A stretch of 64,000 nucleotides of DNA from an uncultured Methylomirabilota bacterium (GCA_963705305.1 OY970067.1:736001-800000); one strand, 5' to 3'. Numbered from the stretch's first letter, positions 1-10,519 are shown. Notes: generated by a model not told the origin, from the letters alone. A program made the numbers and translations.

Positions 1-75
1 CGGGTGCCGGAAACATCCCGGCGACGGTGGTGCGGTGAAGGTGGGAAACCGGTATTTGTTTTTCTCCTTCCGCGG

Positions 76-414
76 TCAGCGTGCGGCGGTCACGACCTTC
101 TCTGCGCCAGTCTCCGCCTTGTCCATCTGGCTGCGGCCGTCGAATACCGCCTTCCCTTTCTTCAGCGAGTCGATCATTCTCTGGAAGACGGCCCTCGGAA
201 CGTCCCTCGCCTCGTTATACTTCCCGCACAGAGGGCAGCGCACCGCTGGGTAGAAATGTTCCGACGATCCATCTTCCCAATACATCAAGATCAAGTCGTC
301 TTCCTCTACCTCCATAACCGCCCCGCACCCCGACATTTCGTGATCGTGATGCTTCCCACAGGACACATACCCCTTCCAATTCTTCACGCCCTCACGCCCC
401 AAGAGAACTCTCAT
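76..414 (-). CDS. Small hypothetical protein with possible zinc-ribbon (Cys pairs CGKHHDHEMSGC and CPLC)
   Basis: 112-aa ORF with strong RBS (AAAGGAGGGGACC-ATG); an upstream TTGACA-17-TAAAGA promoter-like site lies at about 630-658. Confidence 0.7.
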   Translation of the reverse strand: MRVLLGREGVKNWKGYVSCGKHHDHEMSGCGAVMEVEEDDLILMYWEDGSSEHFYPAVRCPLCGKYNEARDVPRAVFQRMIDSLKKGKAVFDGRSQMDKAETGAEKVVTAAR

Positions 415-741
415 GGTCCCCTCCTTTCTCGCAGGTCGCTCGCCAGAGAAAGGCCCGGATGGAGAGTTGCCTGTCGGTCGCAGAAGGGCCTAATCCTGCC
501 GGTGGGATCGCCTCCCATGCGCTGCCCATGAGAGACTCGCTGGAGGAACAGCTGGCGGCAAATCCCCATGCTGGCTCCCGCAACTTGGGTGCGATCCGCA
601 CACGCTGGGAATTTGGAAGGTATGAGCTCTCTTTATCACTGCGCCTCGTTTATGTCAAGGTCGGGGTGCGCGCCCGGTCCTCCTTGACCGCCCTTCTGGC
701 GCAGAGTAGTCTCCTGGGGCGTCGCGCTCCTCATTCCCGCG

Positions 742-2037
742 GTGCCGAACGGGGAGACGGACGGAGCGCAGGGACGCCCGAAGGAGTCCTGCGAATTGGG
801 GGAATCGTTGGACGCGAAGAGCGGGTGGCTCTCCTGGGTCAGCAAGACCAAAGCGGATCGGACGCTCGTGGCCGTGAGCCTCGGGCACACGGTGACGGAC
901 TGGTTTCCCAACAGCCTCTTCATCATCCTGCCCTATCTCGCAACGGACCTCGGTCTCACCTACAGTCAGATCGGCGTCCTCATGGGCTGGAACTATTTCA
1001 CCAGCTTTTTCGTGAATCTGCCCGGCGGCCTCATTGTCGATCTGGTCGGCAAGACTGGACTGCTCTTGGGGGTGGCCGTGGCGCTGACGGGCCTTCCCTA
1101 CGCCCTTCTGGGGTTCTGCACGAGCTATGCGGCCGCCATCCTCTGCATTACCTTCGTCGGGATCGGCAGCAATGTCTGGCATCCGGCGGCCCTGTCTTTC
1201 CTCGCCAGGCGCTACCCCAGCCGCAAGGGACTGGCGATGGCCCTGCATACCATGGGCGGCAACGTGGGCAGCACGTGCGCGCCCATGGCTATGGGTTTAG
1301 CCCTTACCGTGATGGTCTGGCGTCGCGTCCTGCTGGCCAATTTCCTCGTGGGGATGCCCATGGGATTCGTGCTGTGGCGGCTTCTCGCCACGGTCGAGAT
1401 GGCCCGCCAAGAAGGGGACCGCACCGCCCTTTCCCTCCACGAGTACGGCCGCGCGGTTCGGACCATGGCCCGGAACAAGGGTATCCTGTTGCTGTGCTCG
1501 CTGGGCGGGCTCCGGGCGATGACCTCGATCGGCCTCTTTACATTCCTTCCCATCTACCTGGCTCACGAGCTGCAATATTCCCCCGCCCTGGTAGGGGCAT
1601 ACATGACGGTCGTCCAGGGCGCGGGGATCCTCGCCTCCCCGGTGTCGGGCGTCCTGTCGGACCGGAGAGGACGGCGCCCCGTCCTAACCACGGGCCTTGT
1701 GGTCACCAGCCTTCTCCTAATCACCCTGGCCGCGCTTAAGCTGCGCCTCCTCTTTGTCGGCGTGCTCGCGGTCCTCGGCTTTTTCCTGTTCTCCCTACAG
1801 CCCGTCATCCTGGCCTGGATGATGGACATCGCCCCGGCGAACCTGGCGGGGACCACGGTGAGCGCCCTATTCGGGATGCAATCCCTCTTCGCCGGCTTCT
1901 CCCCGGCCATCTGCGGCCTCATCGCGGACCGCTTCGGCATCCTGTACGCTTTCTATTTCCTGGCCTCCACCATCTTTGCCGCGAACTGCCTCGTCTACCT
2001 GATTCCTGAGAAGGCCGCCAGAGATTCCAACCGCTAG
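742..2037 (+). CDS. MFS transporter (fosmidomycin-resistance/Fsr-like)
   Basis: About 12 hydrophobic segments; GHTVTD, HPAALS and GxLSDRxGRR motifs; start codon uncertain. Confidence 0.85.
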   Translation: MPNGETDGAQGRPKESCELGESLDAKSGWLSWVSKTKADRTLVAVSLGHTVTDWFPNSLFIILPYLATDLGLTYSQIGVLMGWNYFTSFFVNLPGGLIVDLVGKTGLLLGVAVALTGLPYALLGFCTSYAAAILCITFVGIGSNVWHPAALSFLARRYPSRKGLAMALHTMGGNVGSTCAPMAMGLALTVMVWRRVLLANFLVGMPMGFVLWRLLATVEMARQEGDRTALSLHEYGRAVRTMARNKGILLLCSLGGLRAMTSIGLFTFLPIYLAHELQYSPALVGAYMTVVQGAGILASPVSGVLSDRRGRRPVLTTGLVVTSLLLITLAALKLRLLFVGVLAVLGFFLFSLQPVILAWMMDIAPANLAGTTVSALFGMQSLFAGFSPAICGLIADRFGILYAFYFLASTIFAANCLVYLIPEKAARDSNR

Positions 2038-2444
2038 CCAGCCCCCCGGACGCCACAATTTCGCGAGCAGGCGCGAGTGCCGATTGCATGGTCTGTCGGC
2101 GCGCACCGCGAAAATGGGGATTCAGCAAGGAATCCGCGGGGGGGTTCCTCACGCACCCGGGCAGGAGGTAGTCAACGTAGTCAAAGACGTCCCTGGTTTC
2201 TGGGCTCCGGCCGACATGCCGCTGGCCCCCTACGGCCGGGCCTAGCCCGTGCTTGCATTGCCTCCGCGATCGGAGGTAAAGTTGGCCGGTCCGCGGAACG
2301 AGTCTCAGGGCGGGCCGATGCCGAGGCGCGTCGGATGGAGTACCCGAAATGGAGGAAAACGTCGGCGATTGGGGTAGGCTGCCGCCCCAGGCTGCGGGCG
2401 ACGGCCGGGCCGCTCGCCGGCAGTCTCGGAGATGCAGCACCATT

Positions 2445-3502
2445 TAGGGGACGTTGCCAACTACAGCAATTTGTTCCAGAGCGCGTCCCATCGGGCCGTG
2501 GCTTGCTGCCCCCGCCGGACAGCGGCGTAGACGGCCTGGGGGAGATCCCGAGCACCTGGGCCAGAGGCCGAGCGGCGCGGCCGGCGCGCGCGACCCAGAG
2601 ATACGCGATCCCCTCCCGGGTGCGGGAGACGGCCGCCCGCCGGTTCCCGCCTTGCAGTGCCTGGGCGGTGATTCCCGCCTCCCGGCAGACCCGTCCCACC
2701 AGACGGGGCAAGGACAGGCCTCGGGCCGACGCCGGCGACTGGGCCTCCACTTGGCGGCGGAGGTCCTCCACGAACTCGCTGCTTCCGAGAATTCGCTCGT
2801 CCCCCAGATAGGCTTCCCGCCCCCGCCGGAGGGCTGCCACGACGGCCCAGCCGCCCAGACTGCGGATCAGCCCCCCGCCCTGCAGGTCCGGTCGACGGCC
2901 TTGCGGGACCCCGGCCGCTACAAAGGCGCGGTAGCCGGCCCGGGCGCGGCGACGGGTGGGGCCGAAGCGGCCGAGGACCTCCTCGGTTGCCTGCCAGGAA
3001 CGGGGGACGGTCCCCAGGAGGGCACTGTGGCCGGTCCAGGGGTACCGGTCGAGGCGACGGAGTGTTGCCACGACGCCGGCCCGGATTGGATTCAGGTGCA
3101 GGTAGCGGACGAGCTCGAGGAAGTACGGCTCCGCTTCCACGACCACGGACTTGTACCGGTTCTGAAACAGGTGCCCCGCCCGCCGATGGCGCCGGTTGAA
3201 GGCCCCGGCGTAGCCGGTCAGGAGACTGCGCATACTGCGGGCCAGGGGGCGCGTCCCGGTGCGGACGAGCAGGTGGGCATGGTTCGGCAGGAGCGCCCAC
3301 GCGAACAGCGTCCAAGCGCCTGCCGCCGCCAAGGCCGCCAGGCGAGCGACGAAGTCTTCCCGGTCTCGGTCGTCCCGGAACACGGCGCGCCGCTCGATCC
3401 CGCGCACCATGACATGGTGCAGGACATTGGGGGCATCCAGCCGGGGTCCCCGAGGCATGCGGGGAGGATAGCAGCGATTGGTCTATTTGGCAACGTCCCC
3501 TA
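2445..3502. mobile_element. RAYT-like HUH (Y1) transposase element bounded by perfect 16-bp inverted repeats
   Basis: TAGGGGACGTTGCCAA at 2445-2460 and TTGGCAACGTCCCCTA at 3487-3502 enclose the transposase gene exactly. Confidence 0.75.
2461..3458 (-). pseudogene. REP-associated tyrosine transposase (IS200/IS605-like Y1_Tnp) with C-terminal HTH; 1-bp frameshift near the 3' end
   Basis: MPRGPR...HHVMVRG, PNHAHLL (HUH), GHLFQNRYKS and YLHLNP motifs; a G5 run at 2538-2542 shifts the frame, and one extra G restores ...GISPQAVYAAVRRG...NKLL* ending at 2461. Confidence 0.8.
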
Positions 3503-3602
3503 TTCCGTCCTATTCCGTCCCCGTCTCAATGCTCGGCGCCCGCTTCCGTTTGGTGTTGGCGTGTCGCAAGCTGCGCTAACGGGCAATCCTCCGAACGGCG
3601 GG

Positions 3603-4724
3603 CTAGCTCCCGTCACGCAGGAAGAACTTCACGCACACGGGCGTCGGCACCTGCGTGACGTGTCCGGTGGGACGAAGCGACCCGGTCTGCTCGTCGATGC
3701 GGAATGTCACGATCGTATCGGTATCCTGGTTGGCCGCAAGCAAGAACCTCCCGCTCGGATCGATGCCGAAGTGGCGCGGTGTCTTCCCCCCGGTCGGCCA
3801 GTGGTCGACGCCGGTAAGCCCCCCGGTGCGCCGATCGATTCGGAAGGCCGCGATGCTGTCGTGACCCCGGTTCGACGCGTACAGGAAGCCTCCCGATGGA
3901 GCGACCTGCACATCGGCGCAGGTGCTCTCTCCCGAGAAGTTCGCCGGAAGCGTGGAGATCCGCTGCAGCGCTTTGAGCGTGCCGCTCTCCCCGTCATAGG
4001 ACAGGGCCAGGATCGTCGAGTCGAGCTCGTTGATGAGATACGCGAACCGGCCGCTCGGGTGGAAGGCCAGGTGGCGGGGACCGGCCCCGGGTTTCACGGC
4101 GATCCAGGGAACGTCGTGCGGCTCGAGCCTTCCTCGACCGGCATCCAGCCTGTACACCATGAGCTTGTCCAGCCCTAGATCGGGAACGAAGGCGAATCGA
4201 TTTGCCTCATCCAGCGTGACCGAATGGGCATGGGGGCCCCTTTGGCGGAGGGGATCGATGCTCGAGCCCTGATGCTGGACGATGTGAGAGGCTTCCCCAA
4301 GGCTGCCGTCCGCGCGCACCGGCAGCACGCAGATGCTCCCGCTCATGAAATTCGCTACCAGGACGTATGCGCCTTTCCTGTCGATCGCGAGGTGACAGGG
4401 ATCGGCCCCCCCGGTCGGCCGCCTGTTCAAGAACCCCAGACGCCCCGTTCCCGGGTCCACGGCAAAGGCGCTGACGCTTCCGCCCGGCCTGCCTTCGCAG
4501 GTCTTCAGCTCGTTGACGGCATAGAGGAAACGCCGTGTGGGATCGAATGCCAGGTACGAGGGGTTGGCGACGCCGGTCGCCTGTCCGGCCGGCTCCATCG
4601 CGCCTGAGGACCGATCCATCCAGAAGAAGTAAATCCCCTCGCCTTTTCCCTGGAGGACCTTCCCGCTGCCGAACCGGATCGGCTCGGTGTACGTCCCGAC
4701 ATATACGAGCAATGCGTCTGTCAT
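3603..4724 (-). CDS. Lactonase family protein (6-phosphogluconolactonase/Pgl-like beta-propeller)
   Basis: YVGTYT, NPSYL, PHAH, GPRH, SNRGHDS and PRHF motifs. Confidence 0.9.
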   Translation of the reverse strand: MTDALLVYVGTYTEPIRFGSGKVLQGKGEGIYFFWMDRSSGAMEPAGQATGVANPSYLAFDPTRRFLYAVNELKTCEGRPGGSVSAFAVDPGTGRLGFLNRRPTGGADPCHLAIDRKGAYVLVANFMSGSICVLPVRADGSLGEASHIVQHQGSSIDPLRQRGPHAHSVTLDEANRFAFVPDLGLDKLMVYRLDAGRGRLEPHDVPWIAVKPGAGPRHLAFHPSGRFAYLINELDSTILALSYDGESGTLKALQRISTLPANFSGESTCADVQVAPSGGFLYASNRGHDSIAAFRIDRRTGGLTGVDHWPTGGKTPRHFGIDPSGRFLLAANQDTDTIVTFRIDEQTGSLRPTGHVTQVPTPVCVKFFLRDGS

Positions 4725-4775
4725 GGCTCGGCCATCCTTGTTGAGAACCAATCGGGTGATCGCTGAATAGATTAC

Positions 4776-5852
4776 CTAATTCGGCTCGACCACGACCTTG
4801 ATGGCGTTCTCCCGCCGGTGCACGAAGGTATCCAGCGCCGTCGCGAACTGCTCCAGGGGGAAGGTGTGCGTGATCAGATCCGTCACCTGCAACTGCTTCG
4901 TCGCGATCCAGTTGATGACTTTGCGCGAGACGTTCGGATTGGCCCGCGAGCCGAAGATGGCAATCTCGTTGTGGACGATGTGTTTGAAGGGAAGCGGCTC
5001 GACCACGTGGCCCGGGGGCACGCCCACCAACGCCACGCGACCCCCCTTGCGCACCATCTCGACGGCCTGCCGGAAGGTCCCGGGCGCGCCCGAGCACTCG
5101 ATCGCCTCGTCGGCCCCTCGCCCGCCCGTGGTCGCCCGCACCGCCTCCACCGGGGCCTCCGTCTCGAAATTCACCACCGCATCGGCACCGGCGCGCCGGG
5201 CGGCCTCCAACCGCGAGCCGCGGCCGACGACGATCACACGGGCAGCGCCCAGGAGCCGCGCCACGCGCATGGCGATGAGGCCGATCGGTCCCGGGCCGAT
5301 CACCGCCACCGTCCCCCCGGGGGTCACCCCGGACAGCTCCAGACCGTGGAGGACGACCCCGGCGGTGTCCACCAGCGCCCCTTCCCGAAAACTCACGTCG
5401 GCCGGCATGCGATTCACGCTCTTGACCGAGAACGCTCCATACTGTGCGTAAGCGCCCGGGGTGATGAACCCATAATGCCGATGGCCGGCCTCCGGCCGGC
5501 CGTAGTTTTCGCAGAGCGTGTAGCGCCCTTCCAGGCAGTTGGCGCACACCCCGCAGCCGCGATGCGCCTGGCCGGCCACCCGGTCGCCGACCAGCAGGTC
5601 CACGACCTCGGGGCCGAGGGCGACGATCTCGCCGGCCCATTCGTGGCCCGGGATGAACGGGTACGCAGGCGGCCAGGTCCCGGCCAGGTCGCCGCGAAGG
5701 ATCTCCGGGTCGCTCCCGCAGATCGCCACGGCGCGGACCTTGCAGAGGACCTCACCTGCCCCGGGGGCGGGGACCGGAACGGTCTGCACGGCGAACGCGC
5801 CGGGCGACGGGAGAACCAGAGCACGCATGGTGGTCGGGATGCCTTCCAACAT
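4776..5852 (-). CDS. Zinc-dependent alcohol/polyol dehydrogenase
   Basis: CGSD, GHE, CGVCANC and GPGPIG motifs. Confidence 0.9.
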   Translation of the reverse strand: MLEGIPTTMRALVLPSPGAFAVQTVPVPAPGAGEVLCKVRAVAICGSDPEILRGDLAGTWPPAYPFIPGHEWAGEIVALGPEVVDLLVGDRVAGQAHRGCGVCANCLEGRYTLCENYGRPEAGHRHYGFITPGAYAQYGAFSVKSVNRMPADVSFREGALVDTAGVVLHGLELSGVTPGGTVAVIGPGPIGLIAMRVARLLGAARVIVVGRGSRLEAARRAGADAVVNFETEAPVEAVRATTGGRGADEAIECSGAPGTFRQAVEMVRKGGRVALVGVPPGHVVEPLPFKHIVHNEIAIFGSRANPNVSRKVINWIATKQLQVTDLITHTFPLEQFATALDTFVHRRENAIKVVVEPN

Positions 5853-5874
5853 GGGGATCTCCTCCAGCAACAGG

Positions 5875-6918
5875 TTATGGCGTCGCCCCGCCCGGCCGCG
5901 TGAGGACGACGCGGCCCAGCAGATCTCCCGATTCGAGGCGCGCCGCGGCCTCCCCGGCCGCTTCCAGCGGATAGCGGGCCCCGACGACCGGTGTCAACCG
6001 CCCCTCCCGTACCAGGCGCACGACATCGACCAGGTCCTGTTTGGTGCTGCCTCGGCAGCCGATGATCTGGAGCTCGGTCTTGAACAACGGAAGCGAGGGA
6101 ACCTCGAACGTCTCGTCCAGGTATCCGACGATCAGAAGCTTGCCCCCCGGCCGGAGCGCGGCCAGCCCCTGCTGCACGCTCACCCGGCTGCCGATGTTGT
6201 CCACCACGAGGTCAACACCCTCCCCCTGCGTGAAGTCGGCGACGGCGTCTTCCAGCGACGCGCTGCCCGTCTGGACTGGGACGGCGCCATACTGCTCGGC
6301 CAGCCGCAGCCGTTCGGGGCGGCGGCTGGCCGCCAGGACGCGGGCCCCGGCCAGGCGAGCGATCTGCACGCCGTGAATCCCCAGCCCGCCCACCCCAAGC
6401 ACCAGGACCCGCTGGCCTTCGCCCACCCGGCCCTGGTGGAGCAGGCTGTGGTACATGCACGCCACCGCATCGGGAAGGATCGCCGCAGCCTCGTAGGAAA
6501 GGCGGGGCGGGAGCGCCACCAGATTCGCCGCCGGCAGCGCCACGTACTCCGCATGACCGCCGTCCCGCTCGAATCCGATCCGCTGCATGGCCCGGCAGCG
6601 CTGCGTCTCTCCGGCCTGGCAGTCCCGGCATCGGCCGCAGGTGACATCGATGGCGGCCGTCACGCGATCCCCCACGCGCCAGCCGCCGACTCCCTCTCCT
6701 AGCTCCGCCACGTCCCCCGCCAGCTCATGGCCGATGACGCGCGGCAGCTCCCCCAGGGGCTGCCGCCCCGACAGCAGGTGCAGATCCGTGCTGCACAGGC
6801 CGCTGGCCCGCACGCGGACCACCACTTCGCCGGGGGCCGGGCGCGGCACCGGGCGATCTCCCACCTCGAGGCTGCCGCCGTAGCGGGCGATGAGGACGGC
6901 CCGCATCCTCTCCGGCAT
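5875..6918 (-). CDS. Zinc-dependent alcohol dehydrogenase
   Basis: CSTD, GHE, CGRCRDC and GVGGLG motifs. Confidence 0.9.
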   Translation of the reverse strand: MPERMRAVLIARYGGSLEVGDRPVPRPAPGEVVVRVRASGLCSTDLHLLSGRQPLGELPRVIGHELAGDVAELGEGVGGWRVGDRVTAAIDVTCGRCRDCQAGETQRCRAMQRIGFERDGGHAEYVALPAANLVALPPRLSYEAAAILPDAVACMYHSLLHQGRVGEGQRVLVLGVGGLGIHGVQIARLAGARVLAASRRPERLRLAEQYGAVPVQTGSASLEDAVADFTQGEGVDLVVDNIGSRVSVQQGLAALRPGGKLLIVGYLDETFEVPSLPLFKTELQIIGCRGSTKQDLVDVVRLVREGRLTPVVGARYPLEAAGEAAARLESGDLLGRVVLTRPGGATP

Positions 6919-6920
6919 GG

Positions 6921-7748
6921 CTACTCCTTCAACCCCGTGATCGCGATCCCTTGGATGAACGACCGCTGGAGGAAGAAGAACAGCAGGATCATGGGGAGCG
7001 TCCCAATGGCGGCAACGGCCATGAGCTGATCCCAGGCCGTGCCGAAGCTGCTCATGAAGAGCGAGATGCCCAGCGGCAGCGTGCGCAGGGAATCCTTCGT
7101 TACGATGATGAGCGGCCAGATGTACATGTCCCAGGCCTCTCGGAAGGTGAAGACCCCCAGGGCCGCCAGCGCGGGCTTGCAAAGCGGCAGCACGATCTGC
7201 GCGTAGATGCGCAGCTCGGACGCCCCGTCGATCCGTGCCGCTTCGATCAACTCGTTTGGGATCCCCAGCAGGTACTGCCGCATCAGGAAGACGCCGAAGC
7301 CCTCCACCAGGAACGGCACGATCAGGCCGGAGTAGGTGTTGGGCCAGTTCAGCTTCTTGATGATCAGGAAGAGGGGCACCATCGTCACTTCCAGCGGCAG
7401 CATCATCGTGCTCAGAATCAGGAGAAAGAGGAAGTTACGCCCGAAGTAGCGGAACTTGCTGAGGCTGTACCCGGCAAGGGAGGCCAAGAGCAGGTTGCCG
7501 ACGGTGATGGCCACGGACACCGCCGTCGAATTCAAAATGTACCGGGTGAAGTCCTGCGCCCGCCAGGCCTCGCCGTAGGCGCTCCAGTTGGCCGGGTGGG
7601 GCACCCACTGGGGCGGGACGGCGAACATGTTGGCGTTGGTCTTGAACGAGCAGGACACCATCCAGTAGTAGGGCAGCAGCCCGATCAGCCCGATGAGGAT
7701 CAGGAGCGGGTAGAGGACGAACGCCCGGAGGCGAGCGGACCGGCCCAT
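6921..7748 (-). CDS. Carbohydrate ABC transporter permease (MalG-like)
   Basis: EAARIDGA loop and TM segments. Confidence 0.92.
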   Translation of the reverse strand: MGRSARLRAFVLYPLLILIGLIGLLPYYWMVSCSFKTNANMFAVPPQWVPHPANWSAYGEAWRAQDFTRYILNSTAVSVAITVGNLLLASLAGYSLSKFRYFGRNFLFLLILSTMMLPLEVTMVPLFLIIKKLNWPNTYSGLIVPFLVEGFGVFLMRQYLLGIPNELIEAARIDGASELRIYAQIVLPLCKPALAALGVFTFREAWDMYIWPLIIVTKDSLRTLPLGISLFMSSFGTAWDQLMAVAAIGTLPMILLFFFLQRSFIQGIAITGLKE

Positions 7749-7750
7749 GC

Positions 7751-8617
7751 TCAACTCTCCCCTTGCGAGAACAGCCGGATCTGGAAGACCGTGAAGAGCA
7801 TGACGGCGGCGAAGAGAAAGACGCTCATGGCCGCCGCCCGTCCCATCTTGAAGAACTCGAAGGCGGTCTGGTAGATGAAGAGCGGCAACACCCTGGTCGC
7901 GTCGGCCGGCCCGCCCCCGGTCATGATGAGCGGGACGGCAAACACCTTCATGGCGACGATCACGCTCATCACCATGACGAGCAGCGTCGTGGGCTTCAAG
8001 AGCGGCAGGGTGATGTGGCGGAATTGCCCCCAGGGGCCGGCGCCGTCGATCTCGGCCGCCTCGTAGTACTCCCGCGGGATGGCCTGGAGGCCGGCTAGGA
8101 AGATCACCATGTAATAGGGGGTGGCCCGCCAGATGCCGATGATGATGATCGCCCACAGCGCCCACACACTGCTGCGCAGCCAGGGGATGGGATCGAGACC
8201 GAACCAGCCCAAGATGGTGTTGACCACGCCGTCCTGGTTGTACATGAAGGTCCAGACGACCGCGTTTACCACCGCCGGCATGACCACGGGCATGAAGGCT
8301 GCCGAGCGAAACAGGTTCTTGGCCCGGATCTCCCGGTTGAACAGCACGGCCAGGGCCAGCGATAGCACCCAGACGGGGACGCAACTGAACACCACGTAGG
8401 CGACCGAGACCCAGGCCGAGTGCAGAAACAGGGGATCCTGGAGCAGGTCGACGAAGTTCGCCAGCCCGATGAATTTCGGCGGGCGGAGCAAGTCGTACTC
8501 CTGGAAGCTGATGTAGAACGCCTGCAGCATGGGGAGAAAGCGGAAGAGGACGATGATGGCCAGCGTCGGGAAGAGAATGGCATACGCGAAGAATGCCTGC
8601 TTGGCCGCCAGGCTCAT
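7751..8617 (-). CDS. Carbohydrate ABC transporter permease (MalF-like)
   Basis: YEAAEIDGA loop and TM segments. Confidence 0.92.
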   Translation of the reverse strand: MSLAAKQAFFAYAILFPTLAIIVLFRFLPMLQAFYISFQEYDLLRPPKFIGLANFVDLLQDPLFLHSAWVSVAYVVFSCVPVWVLSLALAVLFNREIRAKNLFRSAAFMPVVMPAVVNAVVWTFMYNQDGVVNTILGWFGLDPIPWLRSSVWALWAIIIIGIWRATPYYMVIFLAGLQAIPREYYEAAEIDGAGPWGQFRHITLPLLKPTTLLVMVMSVIVAMKVFAVPLIMTGGGPADATRVLPLFIYQTAFEFFKMGRAAAMSVFLFAAVMLFTVFQIRLFSQGES

Positions 8618-8736
8618 GCCGAGCCTCCGGCGGACGGCCTGCGGGCGGGCGGATGCGAGGTCGTGCAAGCGAGTCTCCCGCGGCCGACGGGCCCCGCAGT
8701 TTCCTGCCATGCGGGGCCCGTCGCCGGACGGCTGCC

Positions 8737-10050
8737 CTACTTTTTCAGGATCTTCTCGACCGACGCCTGAGCGGCGTCCAGCGCCGCCTTCGGATCGGCG
8801 TTGTCGTAGACCACGCTGTCCACGGCGCGTCCGACGGCTTGCGCGATCTCGTTGACATCCTCCGACCGGACGTACCAGCTGGCCGTCGCGACATCCTTCA
8901 TGTGCACGTCAAAGAAGGGGAACTTCTTGGCCACCTCGGTCTCGGCCAGGCCCTTGACGGGCTGCACGAAGCCCGCCTTGGCCAGCCACTCGTCCGGCTT
9001 GGCCAGCATGAACCGGACGAAGTCCCAGGCGGCGATCTTGTTCTTCTCGGGCCGGTTCTTGTTCACGCCCCAGGCCCACCCGTAAACCATGGTGTGCGGC
9101 TTGGCCGGATCGACCTGCGGGAATCCGACCACGGTGAAGTCGTTCTTGATGGGCGACTTGACGACCTGCGGCGTGGCCCAGGGGCCGGTGACCCACATGG
9201 CGGTGAAGCTGTCCAGAAAATCCTGGTTCGGGTCGCTGGCGGTGTTCTTGGTGGTCTTGGGATCCCCGCACGCCTTGGTGACGTCGCGCCAGAGCGTGAG
9301 GGCCTTCACCGTCTCGGGGCTGTTGAGATAGGCGGTCTTCCCGTCGTCGCTCAGGATCTTGCCGCCGAACTGCTCGGTCATGGGCTGGAGGTCCTGCAGT
9401 TGCCAGCGGGGGCTGTGATAGGGGAACTCGAAGGCCTTCTGGATGGTCCGCCGGCCCTCGACCTTCCGGAGCTTCGGGCAGATCGCCATGAGGTCTTTCC
9501 AGGTCTTGGGCGCGTCCTTCCGAGGGTCGAGGCCCGCGGCGGCGAACAGTTTGTTGTTGAGGAAGAGGCTCATGGAGTTTCCCTGGTAGGGCAGCGTGTA
9601 CACCTTGCCGTCGAACGTGCCCGAGGTCAGCCCGCCGGTCACGTAGTGGGCCATGAGCTCGCGGTACGTCTTGACCCCGAAGACGTTGAGGTTGACGGGC
9701 TCCAGGACCCCTTTGACGTAGTAGGCCACGTAGTACGAGGCATCCGCATCCATGATGTCGGGGCCGGTGCCTGACGCCAGCGCCACCGTCAGCTTCTGGT
9801 TCATGTCGGTGGACGAGGCCACGGTGGGATTGATGGTGACGTTCGGCCGCACTTTCTTGTAGGCCTCGATCAGCTCTTTCACGTAGGCGGTGAACGGCCC
9901 GTACTCGTGCCACCACACTTCCAGCGTGATCTTGTCGGTCGGGAAGGCAAAGCTGGGCTGCGCGGCCCGGGCCGGCCCCGGCGTCAGGCAGCCGACCAGG
10001 AAGGCACCCACGAGGAGCGGAACTACGAGAACTCCTGCCGGCACTCTCAT
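8737..10050 (-). CDS. Carbohydrate ABC transporter substrate-binding protein
   Basis: Signal peptide; GTGPDI and GKVYTLP SBP family-1 motifs; RBS GAAGGAG. Confidence 0.9.
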   Translation of the reverse strand: MRVPAGVLVVPLLVGAFLVGCLTPGPARAAQPSFAFPTDKITLEVWWHEYGPFTAYVKELIEAYKKVRPNVTINPTVASSTDMNQKLTVALASGTGPDIMDADASYYVAYYVKGVLEPVNLNVFGVKTYRELMAHYVTGGLTSGTFDGKVYTLPYQGNSMSLFLNNKLFAAAGLDPRKDAPKTWKDLMAICPKLRKVEGRRTIQKAFEFPYHSPRWQLQDLQPMTEQFGGKILSDDGKTAYLNSPETVKALTLWRDVTKACGDPKTTKNTASDPNQDFLDSFTAMWVTGPWATPQVVKSPIKNDFTVVGFPQVDPAKPHTMVYGWAWGVNKNRPEKNKIAAWDFVRFMLAKPDEWLAKAGFVQPVKGLAETEVAKKFPFFDVHMKDVATASWYVRSEDVNEIAQAVGRAVDSVVYDNADPKAALDAAQASVEKILKK

Positions 10051-10150
10051 CTGCCATCTCCTTCGCACAAAACGTTGCGGCCGCCTCTGCACGCACGCGC
10101 TTCCGACATGTCCCGCCGCGCCGCCCATCCGGCGCGCGACGCGCTCTCGC

Positions 10151-10516
10151 TCACTCCTGCTCCATCGCCTGCAAGCGGGCGAGGATGTCCGGTCTGAGCG
10201 GGGCGAACACATCCAGGACCTGCACGTACTCCTCGAGACTTTCGATCGAGTGGAGGACCTGGCTGGGAATATGGGCAATCTCGCCGGGGCCGAGCACGCG
10301 CTCCTCCCCTCCGATCACGAAGCGCATGCGTCCCTTCAGGACCAGGCTGAATTGTTCCGCCTCGTGCCGGTGCGCCGTGCATTTCAGGTTGGGGAAGGCC
10401 TCGTGCAGGCACAGCATGGCCCGCTCGCCCAGGATGGTCTGGCGGGACATGCCGGCGGGGAGGGATGCGTTGGGCACGAGGTCCCGGGCCACCTCGCGCC
10501 AGGCATAGAATGGCAC
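10151..10516 (-). CDS. Cupin domain protein
   Basis: HRHEAEQ...GE...IPSQVLH and DVFAPLR cupin-2 motifs. Confidence 0.88.
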   Translation of the reverse strand: MPFYAWREVARDLVPNASLPAGMSRQTILGERAMLCLHEAFPNLKCTAHRHEAEQFSLVLKGRMRFVIGGEERVLGPGEIAHIPSQVLHSIESLEEYVQVLDVFAPLRPDILARLQAMEQE

Positions 10517-10519
10517 GGA

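Noticed and set aside
2181..2460. C-terminal extension of the 425-aa RAYT ORF
   Set aside because: It results from the frameshift and reads through the terminal repeat
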